Source of the DNA: Mobula hypostoma
Taxonomy: Eukaryota
NCBI RefSeq assembly: GCF_963921235.1
Contig: NC_086097.1
Location: 142,416,001 to 142,480,000 of the forward strand
Reading direction: 5' to 3'
Length of the DNA: 64,000 nucleotides
In this document: piece after piece, positions 26,411 through 39,590 of the stretch
How the letters are laid out: every line of letters starts with the position of its first letter
Position numbering within the stretch: position 1 is the first letter of the stretch
Program-made: the position numbers and the translations under genes
The notes under the pieces: model-generated
The model's database searches: none
Seen by the model: only the letters and a program-made list of their open reading frames with translations
Told to the model about the DNA's origin: nothing

Positions 26411-27138
26411 GATACAATCACAAAGAAGGCATGCAGAGGCACTACTTCAAAGTCAGAGGAGATTTGGTATATTGAAATCTGATCCTGTGTTGCCTTTGTC
26501 AACATAACATTTTCCACCTCATTATTAACAAAATTTTCCTCTTGTAATTAATTTGGTGCTCTAACCTTCTCTGACCACATACTCAACCAAGGGGCTATTT
26601 TTCTTACGTTTAACCAAGGGGCTATTGTTTCTAATGTGAACCAGCACAGTGGGAGAGGTTAGCAGGGTGGGGGTGAGAAGGGAACAGTGTCACTGTCAGC
26701 TAGATATTCAGCTGTGAAAGGATATTACAACAAAATCTTACGACCACAGGAACACACATACTTTCCAAAGGGAATAACAGGCTGCCAATCAGGACAGGAA
26801 ACCTGGAGACATTTATCACTTAATCACAGAACATGTATTTAGAATGGCACAGAAATAGAACAGGTCCTTTAGCCCACAATGTCTGTGCCAAGCATGATAC
26901 CAAATTCAACTAATCCCTTCTGCCTGCCCACAATATATATATTCTCCATTCCCTGTGTATTTATGTGCTCATCTAAAAGCCACTTCATTTTGAAATGATG
27001 GGGCCATGTGGAGTAGAACCAATACAAACCACATTTGAGTCTGCTGGGGATTTACAAGACCATTATAGCTTAGTACGACAAAGCCCATTCTCTTTGTCCT
27101 ATAGAGCCCTGCTCTTGACGCTGTTATTAATGACTTGC

Positions 27139-27216
27139 CTTCATAGTTGATGCATCCATTTGCATCCTCTTGACCAGCCAACAGTTGCTCCACTTCATCC
27201 TCTGTCAACTTCTCAC
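27139..27216 (-). CDS. MYL3: MYL3-like coding exon 5 (GC donor)
   Basis: 78 nt, caacag acceptor; (G)[25 protein letters not shown]; donor AAG|GCAAGT. Confidence 0.93.
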
Positions 27217-30200
27217 CTGTTGGTGAAATTTGAAGGGAGATGTCAGCACAAGGATAGGCCCTCACTGGGAGTAATAACCACAGAGTCCAAATCCATTATG
27301 ATTACTTTTACTCTTCTCTCATTTTCTCCCCTCACACATGCCTACTCCATGTTGAAGATGAAGATGCTGTGGCAGAGAAAGTGGCAAATGTCATGCAGGT
27401 GTATCTCATGGAGGGTGCAACAAGGGTTGAAGGATTTGGTTCGGCTGCATGGGATTCCAGTGATTGAATCTCAGCCAGTCTTTAAGGTGGGTTAGCAAAA
27501 TTACTCTGGGCAATCTGAAATGGGAAATTAATTCAAAGTTTATCCACATCACAAGAATTAGTCTTTAAAAATGGTAGAAAACCCATTATTCTTCAGAGAG
27601 AATCTGAGAGCAGAGTTGAATTCGGTTAGCAAGATAAGGAAAAGAAAGGAAGGTGGGATCTTTACTAGGGTTCCTACTTAATAGCTCTAAAGTCATTAAG
27701 TCCCAATCACAAGAATTGCACCTTAATTGATGCATTTCTACAAAATTTATGGAATCAATAAGAAAATACTCCATCAGTAGAATTTATTGATATTTGGTAT
27801 TAATTTATGTGATCCAGATAAGCTCCCTCCTTCCCCTTCAACTAACACTGATCACCTGTCACCTTCTTCCAAAGAGCACCAACTGCCCCTCCCCCCCCAT
27901 TCTTGATGGGGAACCCACTGACTCTAAGTGTACGGAATTAATTCCTTCTGGGAGTGTCACCTGATATCATTAATCTTGCAGAAGGCAAGCTCCTTTCGTG
28001 GCATACCAAATAACTCAAAATTGACAGAACCCAGTTCATTCAGCTCCCTTCCTGTTTCAGGATGTTTGGTGGCGAATGTTTGTCCAAATATTTAATTGCA
28101 TTCCTCCTGTCCCGCCAGCTACAGCTGAAATATAACCAAAGACTTGTTTATTTATTTTCTTCTGGCAAGCAGACTGAAGCTAAAATTACTTACTAAAAGG
28201 ATTGTATGGAAATGAATACACATTCTCGGATGACACATTGTACAAAAGGGAGGGACATTCAAATATACTGTCATTTTGATGGTACCATTTGCCTTTTCAG
28301 CTAAAATTAAAAATACTGTATGCAGTCTTCAAAATACAACCGGGCGTTCACTTGTGCCTTTACTAATATTCCTCCCACAACTACAAAATAAGATGACACA
28401 GACTAACAAGTCATTCTTTCATTTTCTGTTTGAGAGACATTTCTGTGCACAAATTGATTGCTGTGCTACAGCTGTGACTATATCTCATTACCTGACTGAA
28501 GGGTATGAGAGATGAAAAAAATAATTTAAACACAATTTAGCAGCTCACTTTTTTTTCTAGGCTATTGGTAGTATTACAGTTTTGATGGGTTTATTGTATT
28601 TTATTTGTACTGGCTATATGAGCTGACGTCTGACCCATCAGCAGATTAATATTACTGACAGTGAGGCTGGAGTGCAAATATATTTGCTCCCATGATGTTA
28701 ATATACTCTATTAATCTTCTGAACATTTCAGGTGTTTGCAGAGAATGCTGTCTGCTGAGCCAGCAGTTTCTCTGTGGTTGATTGGTTGCTGTAACTTTCT
28801 GCAGCTTTTTTGATGGGGATAGAAATGTTAGCTTATATCTCAATCCTGGTTACCCTCTAATAAGAATGTGCAGGTACCTGTGGGTATCAAATTAATGAGA
28901 GGACTAGATTCTACTTTGATGTCCTCTGTGGTGCAATTGGAAGCTGAAGCTCAAGGGGCAATTGTACAATTAAAACTGGGTGACTCAGCTCTTCATGATT
29001 CTAATTTCTCCTTTTTTTTGGAACCTACTTTCTTAAGTGGGCAAAACGAAGATCTCCCTAAAGCTAAGTGTTCCTTCTTTAAACATGCATAGAGGGTCCA
29101 AATATGCCATTTCACTGAACTGATTGTAGAAAGACAAACCAAGCTAAAATTCTCTTTCAGTTTTTATTTTATATAGTGTGTTGTCTGATCCTATGGTCAT
29201 TTATTAACATTTCAGGATCTGCAAATCTAAAGTTAAAAGTGATTGCCGGTTTGAGAGAGATACTTGCATGCCCTTGTGTTTCTACTAAATTATTACTTCC
29301 CTTTTTAGTTGCAATGGCTCACAAATGCAAAAACAAAACTTTAAATGCATGAAGATTTCCCTGCTAAGCATTAGGCGACAATTCTTTGACATTACTTCTG
29401 ACTTTTTTTCAGTGAAAGGAGACACCATCACCTCCAAGTCTCAGCTATCCTGACTTAAACTTAGGCATTTCCACTGGGTTCAAGTCTGGGAAGTTCCATG
29501 TTTGTCAGCACTATGACACCCTCACAACATAGACTGTAGCAGTTCAAGAAGAAAGCAGACTATCATGTTCTACATTGTTCATTGAGAGTGAACAATTGAA
29601 CCTAATGGCATTTCTTTATTACTGTAAATATTAACACTCTCATAAACTAATAATATTGCAAGATAGAGTTGAAAAGGAATAATAATTACAATAACTGTTT
29701 CTGGTAACTAGGCTTTTGCTATTTATTATATATTTACCAACATTAAGTCAGTCATTAATACTGTATAGCTTTAGGTCACTGTCAATAATGTTGGACGACA
29801 TCTTGTCCTCATGTCTGCTGTGACGTAATTCCATTTTAGATACTCTGACTTAATACCCGAAACGGCTATTGTCCCCCCTCCCACTCCCTCTAGCATTAAA
29901 TTGGCAGATGTCTCAAGCAGGTGCAAGTAAAAGGACAGTCCTTCTAATCCATTCAAGGGCATGTCGATTCAGTAATGTCCTTCTTCCATATTGGGGAACT
30001 TTCTGAATGAGTTAAATTCTCAGGATCAACGAGGAATGGACATATCCTTGTAAGCTTGGAACAGAGCCCTGTTTGGGTTAATCTCTCATTATGGCAAAGC
30101 TTGGCTCTACCACTGTGCTAAATCCTTACTATAATCTCAGTGGGATCTCTTTTACAAGGAAGACCAAGGATAAGAAAAGCAATTGAGTATATTGAGGTCC

Positions 30201-30739
30201 ATTACAACCATGTCAATTATCTTCCTTTGAGTACCTTATAGTGTTCATTTCATTACCTTTCTTGCCAAGATATTCAAAACATTTGTTCAGCCTTGCCATG
30301 CAGAAATCTTTCAGTGTCTGTTCTAAATTTATATTCCACCTGTGTTCTTTTACAATGGCATTCAGAGTAATGAATAGCACATAGACAAACGTGGCCAGTT
30401 TTAACCCACACAGGCAAGGAGGTACGTAGCATACTTTCACAGACTTAATTTTGTTTCTGGACACCATTCTTATTGATTGCAAATTCTTCCAGCTTTCTTA
30501 AATAATTCTCAAGTGGAAATTAACAGCTAGTAGTCAAGGTGCTTGGCTTATTTGGAAAGGAATTCAATAATGATTTTAAAAGGAGCAAAATAAAGGATGT
30601 AGGGAAAGGCTAAAATGGATTCAGTACTGGCACCAGTGAAGTGAGCTGACTAGATTACTGTAACTTACGTGACTCTTTAGGGTTGCAAATTGTAAGCTCC
30701 TTCCAAAGATGCGGAGGTAGGCAGTGATAATGTTTTGGA

Positions 30740-33600
30740 GCAAATAATTAAGAAAATAATGGGTTTGCCTATGAAAAATTATGGGAAAATGGATGAAAGT
30801 TGGCATGAATTTGCTAAAGACAGATTAAGTCTGACCATCTTCACTAGGGTTTTGTTGAAGCAAAGGACTGGTATTGATGAAGATACAGTTATTGGAATTT
30901 TAAATGTCAGCATGATGCATCTCTGACCAACTGTGATGTCTTGCAGACAGCTTACAAAACTATTGAATACCCTCCTTCTTCCAGATGCCACTTCTTCTTC
31001 TGAACTGCGATTGATTGCAGCCTGCAGTTTCCCTTTTAAGAATGTATTTTTTTTTTGACTAGCTGAGCAATCTGGTGCTTCTGCTATCTCCTGAGCGATT
31101 TGGCATGAATTACAAGAATGGTCGTCCCTGGGTGTGGCTGTGTCGATTCCTAATGGTGGACCACAACCCTTGGTCAGCTCCATTACGCTGCGTCATTCGA
31201 AGCGTCGAGCAAGATTGAAATGAATGAGGATGAGAACATAAAACAAACAGGTGTTCAGTGCCATCCACCTGCATTTGACCAGTCTTCCCCTCGCTGCTGC
31301 CAGCTGAAGCAACAGGAGTCTTGGGTTCCATCTGCAAGATTTGATCACCTCGGCAACTCATGGATGTGGACTCACTTTTGGCTGCGGTTTGATGTTTAAT
31401 GTCCTCAGCACTGAATATACTTTACTATTTGCACAATTTGATCAAGGCACTTCATCGTGGAACTGGATCTGCGGCTGTGGCCTGCAGCCATTGACACAGT
31501 GCCAAACTGACTGACTCTGTGGCTGTGGCCACGGCCACCAGTTCCTGGATCGGCTTCACTCACCTCGGTGGCTCGTGGTTGTGCATGCACTTTTCGGGAT
31601 TCTGCAGTGTGGAGTTTAATCAAACACGAGTTATTTGTTCACTTTTTATTTTTGCACTTTTGATGGTCTTGTTGTGTGGGGTTTTTCCTTAATCGGGTTC
31701 TATGGTATTTCTCTGTTTTTTCTTTTGAAGTTTGAACTCAAAAGTAGTTCCCAAAAGTATCACATGATAGAATTTTAAGAAAAATAAAGACCATGGGATT
31801 ATAAGGGCAATGGTACAGTCGATATAAAGCAGGGGTCCCCAACCTTTTTTGCACTGCGAACCGGTTTAATATTGACAATATTCTTGTGGACCGGCCGATC
31901 CGCCGGGGGGGGGCGGGGGCAGTAGGATTGCCAACGGACAAGAGTAGCGGTCAAATACGTTGTGTTTACCCATTAAGACTACAATGACCATGAAGCCTTG
32001 CGCGGGCACCAGTGTGCATGCGCGTCGTAATGTACCGATTCCCCCCCCCCCCCGCACCACAACTCCTTTTTGGAGATTCTGTTCAGGGGTGGGGGGTGGG
32101 TAGTGTTAATCACGACCGGAATGTAGGTGATAAGTGGCTAATACACTCAATTTCGTTTCTAAAAGGGTTCATCTAACGAATTTAATATTAAACACACAGC
32201 GCATATTTTCCTTGCATGAATATAGTGATAAGTCAATTATCAGGGGAGCTTGAAGTAAGTGTTGAACGAACTTCCAGTAGGAATGGCAGAAGCAGTTTCG
32301 ATATTATCATTTAAAGAAAAAATAGATAGCTATATGGACAGGAAAGGAATGGAGGGTTATGGGCTGAGTGCAGGTCGGTGGGACTAGGTGAGAGTAGCGT
32401 TCGGCACAGATTAGAAGGGCAGAGTTGGCCTGTTTCTGTGCTCTAATTGTTATATGGTTATATAAGTAAGTCAAAAACATCATAACATTTTAAGTAACGT
32501 TTGGATATTAAACACACAGCACATATTTTCCCCGTATGAATATATAAATCATTGAAACACACCAATATTGCTGAATCAGTGGGAGCCCTGGGCTTGTTTT
32601 CCTGCAACAAGACGGTCCTATCGAGGGGTGATGGGAGACAGCGATACTCGAAGGGGGTTCCTTATGTCCAGTCTATTCCGCAATTTAGTTTTCGTTGCAT
32701 TCATTGCAGAAAACTCCGCTTCGCAAAGATATGTTGAAAATGGAAGCAACGTTTTCAGTGCTTTCGTGGCTATCTCAGGATATTTAGCCTTGACTTTGAT
32801 CCGGAATGCCAGCAGAGATGTTATGTCAAAACATACTTTTCAGCCCGCCATCATTTGCAAACTTGAGGAGTTCATCTCCTTCCCGCGCTGACACGCATGA
32901 CGCGCAGGTAAAGACCTCGCATGTGTAGTGGCTCAACAGTGCGTGACAGGGAATGAGGAAAGGTGCAGCTGACTCATATCGCCAAATCATATCGTTTCCT
33001 CGCGGCCCGGTAGCATATGCTTTGCGGCCCGGTACCAGTCCACGGCCCGGTGGTTGGGGACCGCTGATATAAAGGACAAAAGGAGTTGATTTTCCAACTT
33101 AAAGAAAATATGCAGTGGTGTTCCCATCAATTAGGACTGCTATTCATACTTATATACATTCATAAACTGGGCTTTAATATGTGGCATTATTTCAAGTCTG
33201 CACATGAAAACAGCTTGAAAATAAAGTATGTTCTGTGAAGAATAACAAACTTAAGGAAGATATAAAGAGTATTGACATGGGCCAACAGATGGCAGATGAA
33301 ATTTAGTGCAGAGGTAGAATGAATGAGGAGCAGCAAAATACATTACACAGTACAATTTTAAAGGAAATGCAGGAACAAAGATCAATACAAACCTTTGACC
33401 ATGTTTGAACAAGGATGTCAACTGGCTTCATTAAAAGACTTCAAGCACAAAATGAGTCTATAAATCTAATCTATTGAACATTAATTAGGCCTCAGTCGCA
33501 GCAATGTGTTCATTTCTGAGCATCACATTTCAGGATTGTTGCTAAAGTCTTAACAGATGCTGTCAGAAATGAAGATCTTAATTTTTATGACATAACTGGA
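30740..33600 (+). mobile_element. Very old CR1 fragment split by two later insertions
   Basis: Collinear CR1 RT remnants at about 30740-30905, 31740-31829 and 33067-33600. Confidence 0.5.
31830..33066 (-). mobile_element. Non-autonomous hAT (Charlie/MER1-like) transposon
   Basis: TIRs CAGGGGTCCCCAACC / GGTTGGGGACCGCTG (1 mismatch in 15), 8-bp TSD ATATAAAG (31822-31829, 33067-33074), minus-strand transposase C-terminal remnant (IKVKAKYPEIATKALKTLLPF) at about 32620-32860. Confidence 0.92.
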
Positions 33601-34029
33601 CAAGTAAGTGTTTTTCTCAGGTTGAATTAATCCAATGAGATAAAGAGCATTATAACGTTCTGTCAGCTTTATCCAGCAGTAGTGATAAATTGGAAGTTAG
33701 CTCATTTTTCTCAGAACCAGAGTTGGAAGTGGCTACGTGGTTGTAGTGAGATAAGAAACAACAGGTTCACACTGTGACATCTCTAATAGCATACAGAGCC
33801 TCAATGGTAGGCAGAAGAGCTGGATGTTAATATGGTAATAGGAGATCTAGAGGCTTAGGCTAAGACTCCAAAATATCCAGTGGTAAGACCTGGTCAAGGG
33901 ATCTATAATGGGGAGTGTAGTCTATGCATGAACTGTCAGGAGGAATCAATTCCATGCTTCTCTGTACCATACTGACCTTTGAAATTATGCATTTTGCATC
34001 TTTTATCACTTAATCCTAAAATTACATAC

Positions 34030-34203
34030 CCAATGTAGCTAAGACATGGCGAAGTTCAGCTCCCATTACTGTGCCATTTCCTTCCTTATCAAATACTCTC
34101 AGACCTTCAACGAAGTCTTCAAATGTTCCTTGATCCTTAACTTTGCAGATATGTTGATGCATTGGCAGAAAGGTGTCAAAGTCCAACAGCTTGTTGTTCA
34201 TAT
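34030..34203 (-). CDS. MYL3: MYL3-like coding exon 4
   Basis: 174 nt, tttacag acceptor and gtatgt donor; (D)[57 protein letters not shown](G), EF-hand region. Confidence 0.95.
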
Positions 34204-34954
34204 CTGTAAAATAAATGAAGACAAGATTACCTTACAAATAACATCCACATTATGCACAACATTGCATAAAGCATTTTTAGATTTCAATACTTGCACACTG
34301 GACAATGTCTTCCACTGTAACTAAAACAGAAGATACTGGAAATACTCAATAGGTCAGACAGTATGTCTAGATACAGAATGAGGTCAATTACCTATTGTAG
34401 CACATGTTTGTTTTGTTTCTCATTCCTCTATTTTCCCTCTATTTATATTTCCTTCAGAGAGAGTAGCATGAACATCTTCACCACTGTCCTTTAAATCAAT
34501 GCTATTCTAAGTCATCCATTTTCTCTTGGTCTTCACCCTCCCACATTTATCACTTTGGTTTTCCCCATCCCTCTCCTTCTCTGCAATTTAGAACATGTAG
34601 GCCCTTTCTAGTAATACCTCAATGGACAATCCCCTCTTCCAAGAATGAATTCATTACAATTGCCTATGTTCTTAGGTCTGGAAACCCAAACTGGACACAA
34701 TATTCAGCTGTGATTTCTCAGGGGCTACATGCTTGCAGTAAGAACACTTCAGTCTTGTACTTGCATCCTGTTACAATAAAGACCAAAATACCTTTTACCT
34801 CCCTAACTGCTATACCTGTATGTTAAATTTCAGCAATTTAGTAACACGGACATCTAGTTTTATTTAAACTAACACCTTTCAATCGCTTATCATTTAAAAA
34901 TGTCTCTGTTTTTATGCTTTTGTTTCTACTAAAGTGAATGAATTAATTTTTTTC

Positions 34955-36558
34955 AACACACACAAAATACTGGAGGAACTCAGCATGTCAGGCAGCATCT
35001 ATGGAAAAGAATAAACAGTCTACCTTTTAGCTGAGATCCCTCATCAAGACTGGAAAAGAAGGGTAAGATGCCAGATTAGGAATATTGACGTGGACTGGAC
35101 TGGCAGAAGGTGAGGGGATGGAAGATCAGCTAGACGGTGATAGATTAAGCCACTGGGGGGAGAGGGGGGATGAAGTAGGAATCTGTGAGGTGACTGGTGA
35201 AAATGGCAAAGGACTGGAGAAAAGGAATCTGATAAGAGAGGCGAGTGAACCATAGGAGAAAGGGGAATGAGGAGGGGTACCGGGGGTGGCAATAGGTAAG
35301 TGAGGAGAAGAGGTAAGAGGCCAGAGAGGGGAACAGAAGAAGATGGGGGAGGGAAGAAAAGAAATTACTAGAGAAATTGATATTCTTGCCATCAGGTTGG
35401 AGGCTACCTAGACGGAATATGAGGTGTTGCTCCTCCAACCTGAGTGTAGCCTCATCGTGGCGGAATAGGAGGCCACATGTTGAAATGGGAACAGGAATGA
35501 GGATAGGAATTTAAATGGTTGTCCACCAGGAAATTCCACTTTCTGATGTCCTTTCTCAGTTCCTTTGTCAAAAATACTATTCCCTTTTCTCAGTTCCTTT
35601 GTTTCCACTGCACCTGTTCCCAGGATGAGGCTTTCCTCTCCAGGACATCAGAAATATCCTCCTTCTTCAAAGATTGAGGTTTCCCTTCCTCCACCATTGA
35701 AGCTGCCCTCACTCGTATCTCCTCCATTTCCTGGATGTTTGCACTCAACTAATCTTCCTTAACAGGGATAGAGTTACTCCTGTCCTCACCTATCACTCCA
35801 TGAGCCTCTGCATCCAACACATCATTCTTCACAACTTCCACCATCTTCAACAGGACCCTATCAGCAAACACATCTTTATCTCCCCCTCACTCCCCACCTT
35901 TCATAAGGATCGCTCCCTCTGTGATTCCCTTGTCCGTTCATTCCTCCCCACATATCTCCCTCCCGGCATGCATCCCAGCAAGCGGCAAAAATGTTACACC
36001 TGCCCATTCACCTCCTCCCTCACTTCCATTCACCTCCTCCCTCACTTCCATTCAGTTCCTTCCAGTCGAGGCAACAAGTCACCTGCAAATTTCTTGGGTT
36101 CATCTACTGTATCAGTGCTCCCGACACAGCCTCCTCTACTCTGCTGATATCTGACATAAATTGGTTTTTGTCGAGCACCTCTGCTCCAACTGCAAAAAAT
36201 GGAATTTCCTGATAGCTAACCGTTTTAATTCCTATCCCCATTCCTGTTCCGACATGTCAGTTCATGGCCTGCTCTTCTGCCATGATGAGACAAATCATGA
36301 TCAGATTCTTCATCTACGGCCCTTTGACCATTTCACCTATCACCCCACAGCATCTTACATCACCCCACTCCCCCACCCACGTGGCTTCACCAACCACCTT
36401 TTAGCTGGTCTTCCCCCTCCCCCATCTTCTTATTCTGGCATCTTCCTCCTTTCTTTCTAGTCCTGACGAAGAGTCTCGGCCCAAAATGTTTACTGTTTAG
36501 TCATTTCCATAGATGCTGCCGAACCTGCTGAGTTCCTCCAGCATTTAGTGTGTTGCTG
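34955..36558. mobile_element. Penelope-like element, two 3' fragments in inverted orientation
   Basis: Minus-strand piece about 34955-35545 (EEQHLIFRLGSLQPDG) joined to a plus-strand piece about 35570-36558 (IQHIILHNFHHLQQDP, CYTCPFTSSL). Both end in the same terminal repeat. Confidence 0.85.
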
Positions 36559-36559
36559 T

Positions 36560-36915
36560 TTATAGATAGATAGGTATACTTTATTAATCCTGAGGGAAAT
36601 TTGGTTTCGTTACAACCGCACCAACCAAGAATAGAGCGTAAATATAGCAATACAAAAAACCCCAACAATCAAACAACAAAATGCAAAACTATGCCAGATG
36701 GAAAATAAGTCCAGGACCAGTCTATTGGCTCAGGGTGTCTAATCCTCCACGGGAGGAGCTGCACGTTTGATGGCCACAGGCAGGAACGACCTCCCGTGCC
36801 GCCAAGTGTTGTATCACGGTGGAATGTGGCCGAAGTCCAACAGTAAAAAGTTCAATACTCAGTCTGCAAACACGTTCCTTGATGGTAATATACCCCGGAT
36901 TGCACCATCCGTTTA
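36560..36915 (-). mobile_element. LINE 3' fragment (Rex/Babar-like) with (CTAT)n tail
   Basis: Minus strand ends AATTTCCCTCAGGATTAATAAAGTATACCTATCTATCTAT; a related stub lies at about 53195-53241. Confidence 0.5.
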
Positions 36916-37189
36916 TCAAACATGATTATAACCTTTCGTAAATCCACATTGACTTTGCCCAGCCCTGTTATTACTTTCTAAGTATTCTGTTACCATAATA
37001 ATTACTTACACTTTTTTACTACTGTGGATGTTCTGCATTTTATAGTCTTCTCCCCTCTTTTATAAATGGAATGGGATTATATTTGTTAACCTTCACTCTG
37101 TGGAAACTATTTTTTAAAAATCAATGGTATTTTGTATCCACCATCTCTGTATTTAACTCTTTCAAAATCTTGGGATATAGTCATTAGAT

Positions 37190-39590
37190 CCTAGAGTCAG
37201 AGATGAGAAGTACAGGACAGAAACAGGCCCTTCAGCCAATCTATCCCATGCTAAAACCATTCAAACCGCTTACTCCCAACAACCTGCACTGGGACCACAG
37301 CCCTTCATAGCCCTACCATCCACATACCTATCCAAACTTCTCTTAAGCGTTGGAATTGAGCTTGCATGGACCACTTGTACTGGCAGCTCATTCCACATTC
37401 TCATGACCCTCTGAGTGAAGAAGTTTCCCCTCATGTTCACCTTAAACTTCTCACCTTTCACACTTAAGCCATGACCTCTGCTTGTAGTTCCACCCAACCA
37501 CAGTGAGAAAAAGCCTGCTTGCATTTACCCCATCTATACCCCTTACAATTGTGTGTACCTCTATCAATCTCCCCCCAGTCTTCTACGTTCTAAAGAATAC
37601 AGTCCGAACCTCTTCAATCTTTCCTTATAACTCAGCTCCTCCAGTCCCAGCAATATTCTTGTAAATTTTCTCCATACTCTTTCAACCTTGTTTACATCTT
37701 TCCTGGAGGTAGGTGACCAAAACTGTACACAATACTCCAAATTAGGCCTAACCAACGTCTCATACAACATAACATCCCAGCTTCTGTACTCAGTACTTTG
37801 ATGTATGAAGGCCAATGTGCCAAAAACTTTCTTTATGACCCTATCTATCTGTGACGCTACTTTCAACAAATTATGAACCTGTATTCCTAGATCCCTTTGT
37901 TCTACCACACTACATAAGACCAGAAGACATAGGAACAGAATTAGGCCATCCAGCCCATCGAATCTGCTCCACCATTCCATCATGGCTGATCCCGGATTCC
38001 ACTCAACCCCATAAGCTGCCTTCTTGCCATATCCTTTGATGCCCTGACCGATCAGAAAACAATCAACTTCCACCTTAAATATACCCATGGATTTGGCCTC
38101 CACTGCAGTCTGTGGCAAAGCATTCCACAGATTGACTACTCTCTGGCTAAAAAAAATTCCTCCTTACCTCTGTTCTAAAAGGTCACCCCTCAATTTTGAG
38201 GCTCTGCCCTTTAGTTCTGAATACTCTCACCATAGGAAACATCCTCTCCACATCAACCATATCTAGTCCTTTCAACATTCGGTAGCTTTCAATGAGATCT
38301 CCACGCATTCTTCTAAATTCCCAGTGAGTACAGGCCCAAAACTGCCAAACGTTGCTCATATGATAACTCCCTCAATGCCGGAATCATCCTCATGAACCTC
38401 CTCTGGACTCTCTTCAATGACAATATATCCTTTCTGAGATATGGGACCCAAAACTGTTGACAATACTCTAAGTGCGGTCTGACGAGTGTCTTATAAAGGC
38501 TCAGCATTATCCCTTTGCTTTTGTATTCTATTCTCCTTGAAATAAATGCCAATATTGCATTTGCCTTCTTTACCACAGACTCAAGCTGTAAATCAACCTT
38601 CTGGGAGTCTTGCATGAGGACTCCGATGTCCCTCTGCACCTCTGATGTTTGAACATTCTCCCCATTTAGATAATAGTCTGCACTATTGTTCCTTTTACCA
38701 AAATGCATTATCATACAATTTCCAACACTGTATTCTATCTGCCACTTTTTTGCCCATTCTTCCAATTTGCCCAAGTCCTGCTGCAATCACATTGCTTCCT
38801 CAGCACGATCTACCCTTCCACCTATCTTCATATCATCCACAAACTTTGCCGCAAAGCAATTAATTCCATTATCTGAATCATTGACAAACAATGTGAAAAG
38901 TAGCAATCCCAATACTGATCCCCGAGGAATAACACTGGCAGCCAACCTGAAAAGGCCCCTTTTATTCCCACTCCCTGCCCCCTGCCTGTCAGCCATTCCA
39001 CTATCCATGCCTGTATCTTTCCTGTAGTGCCATAGGATTTTATCTCGTTAAGCAGCTTTATGTGTGGCACCTTATTAAAAGCCTTCTGAAAATCCAAGTA
39101 AATGACATCCACTGCCTCTCATTTGTTCACCCTGCTTGTTACTTCCTCGAAGAACTCTTAACAGATTTGTCAGCAAGATTTCCCTTCACAGAAACCATGC
39201 TGACTTTGACTTATTTTATCATTAGTCTCCAAGTACCTCGAAACCTCATTCTTAATAATGGACTCCAACATTTGCCCAACCACTGAGGTTAGGCTAACTA
39301 GCCTATAATTTCCTTTCTTTTGCCTTCCTCCCTTCTTAAAGAGTGGAGTGACATTTGCAATCTTCCAGTCCTCTGGAATCAAGTGCCCTACCGTTCACTG
39401 CGTAAGACCTACCCTGGTTGGTCCTACTGAAGTACAAAACCTCACACTTGTCTGCATTAAGTTCCATCTGCGATTTTTCAGCCCATTTTTCCAGCTGATG
39501 CAGATCCCCCTGCAAGCCACAACAGTCTTGCTTGTTGTTCACTACACCCTTAGTCTTGGTGTCATCTACAAATTTGCTGATCCAGTGGAT
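37190..39590 (-). mobile_element. Nested CR1 LINEs (one copy, about 37912-39378, inserted in another)
   Basis: The outer copy breaks at TCTACCACACT (about 37911) and resumes at AGTGCCCTACC (about 39382). The inner copy has its own 3' tail and RT motifs (YLDFQKAFNKVPH, KFVDD). Confidence 0.85.

Noticed and set aside
26969..27265. 98-aa minus-strand ORF with myosin light chain similarity as a stand-alone gene
   Set aside because: Only the 78-nt exon 5 is coding; the rest is intron read-through.
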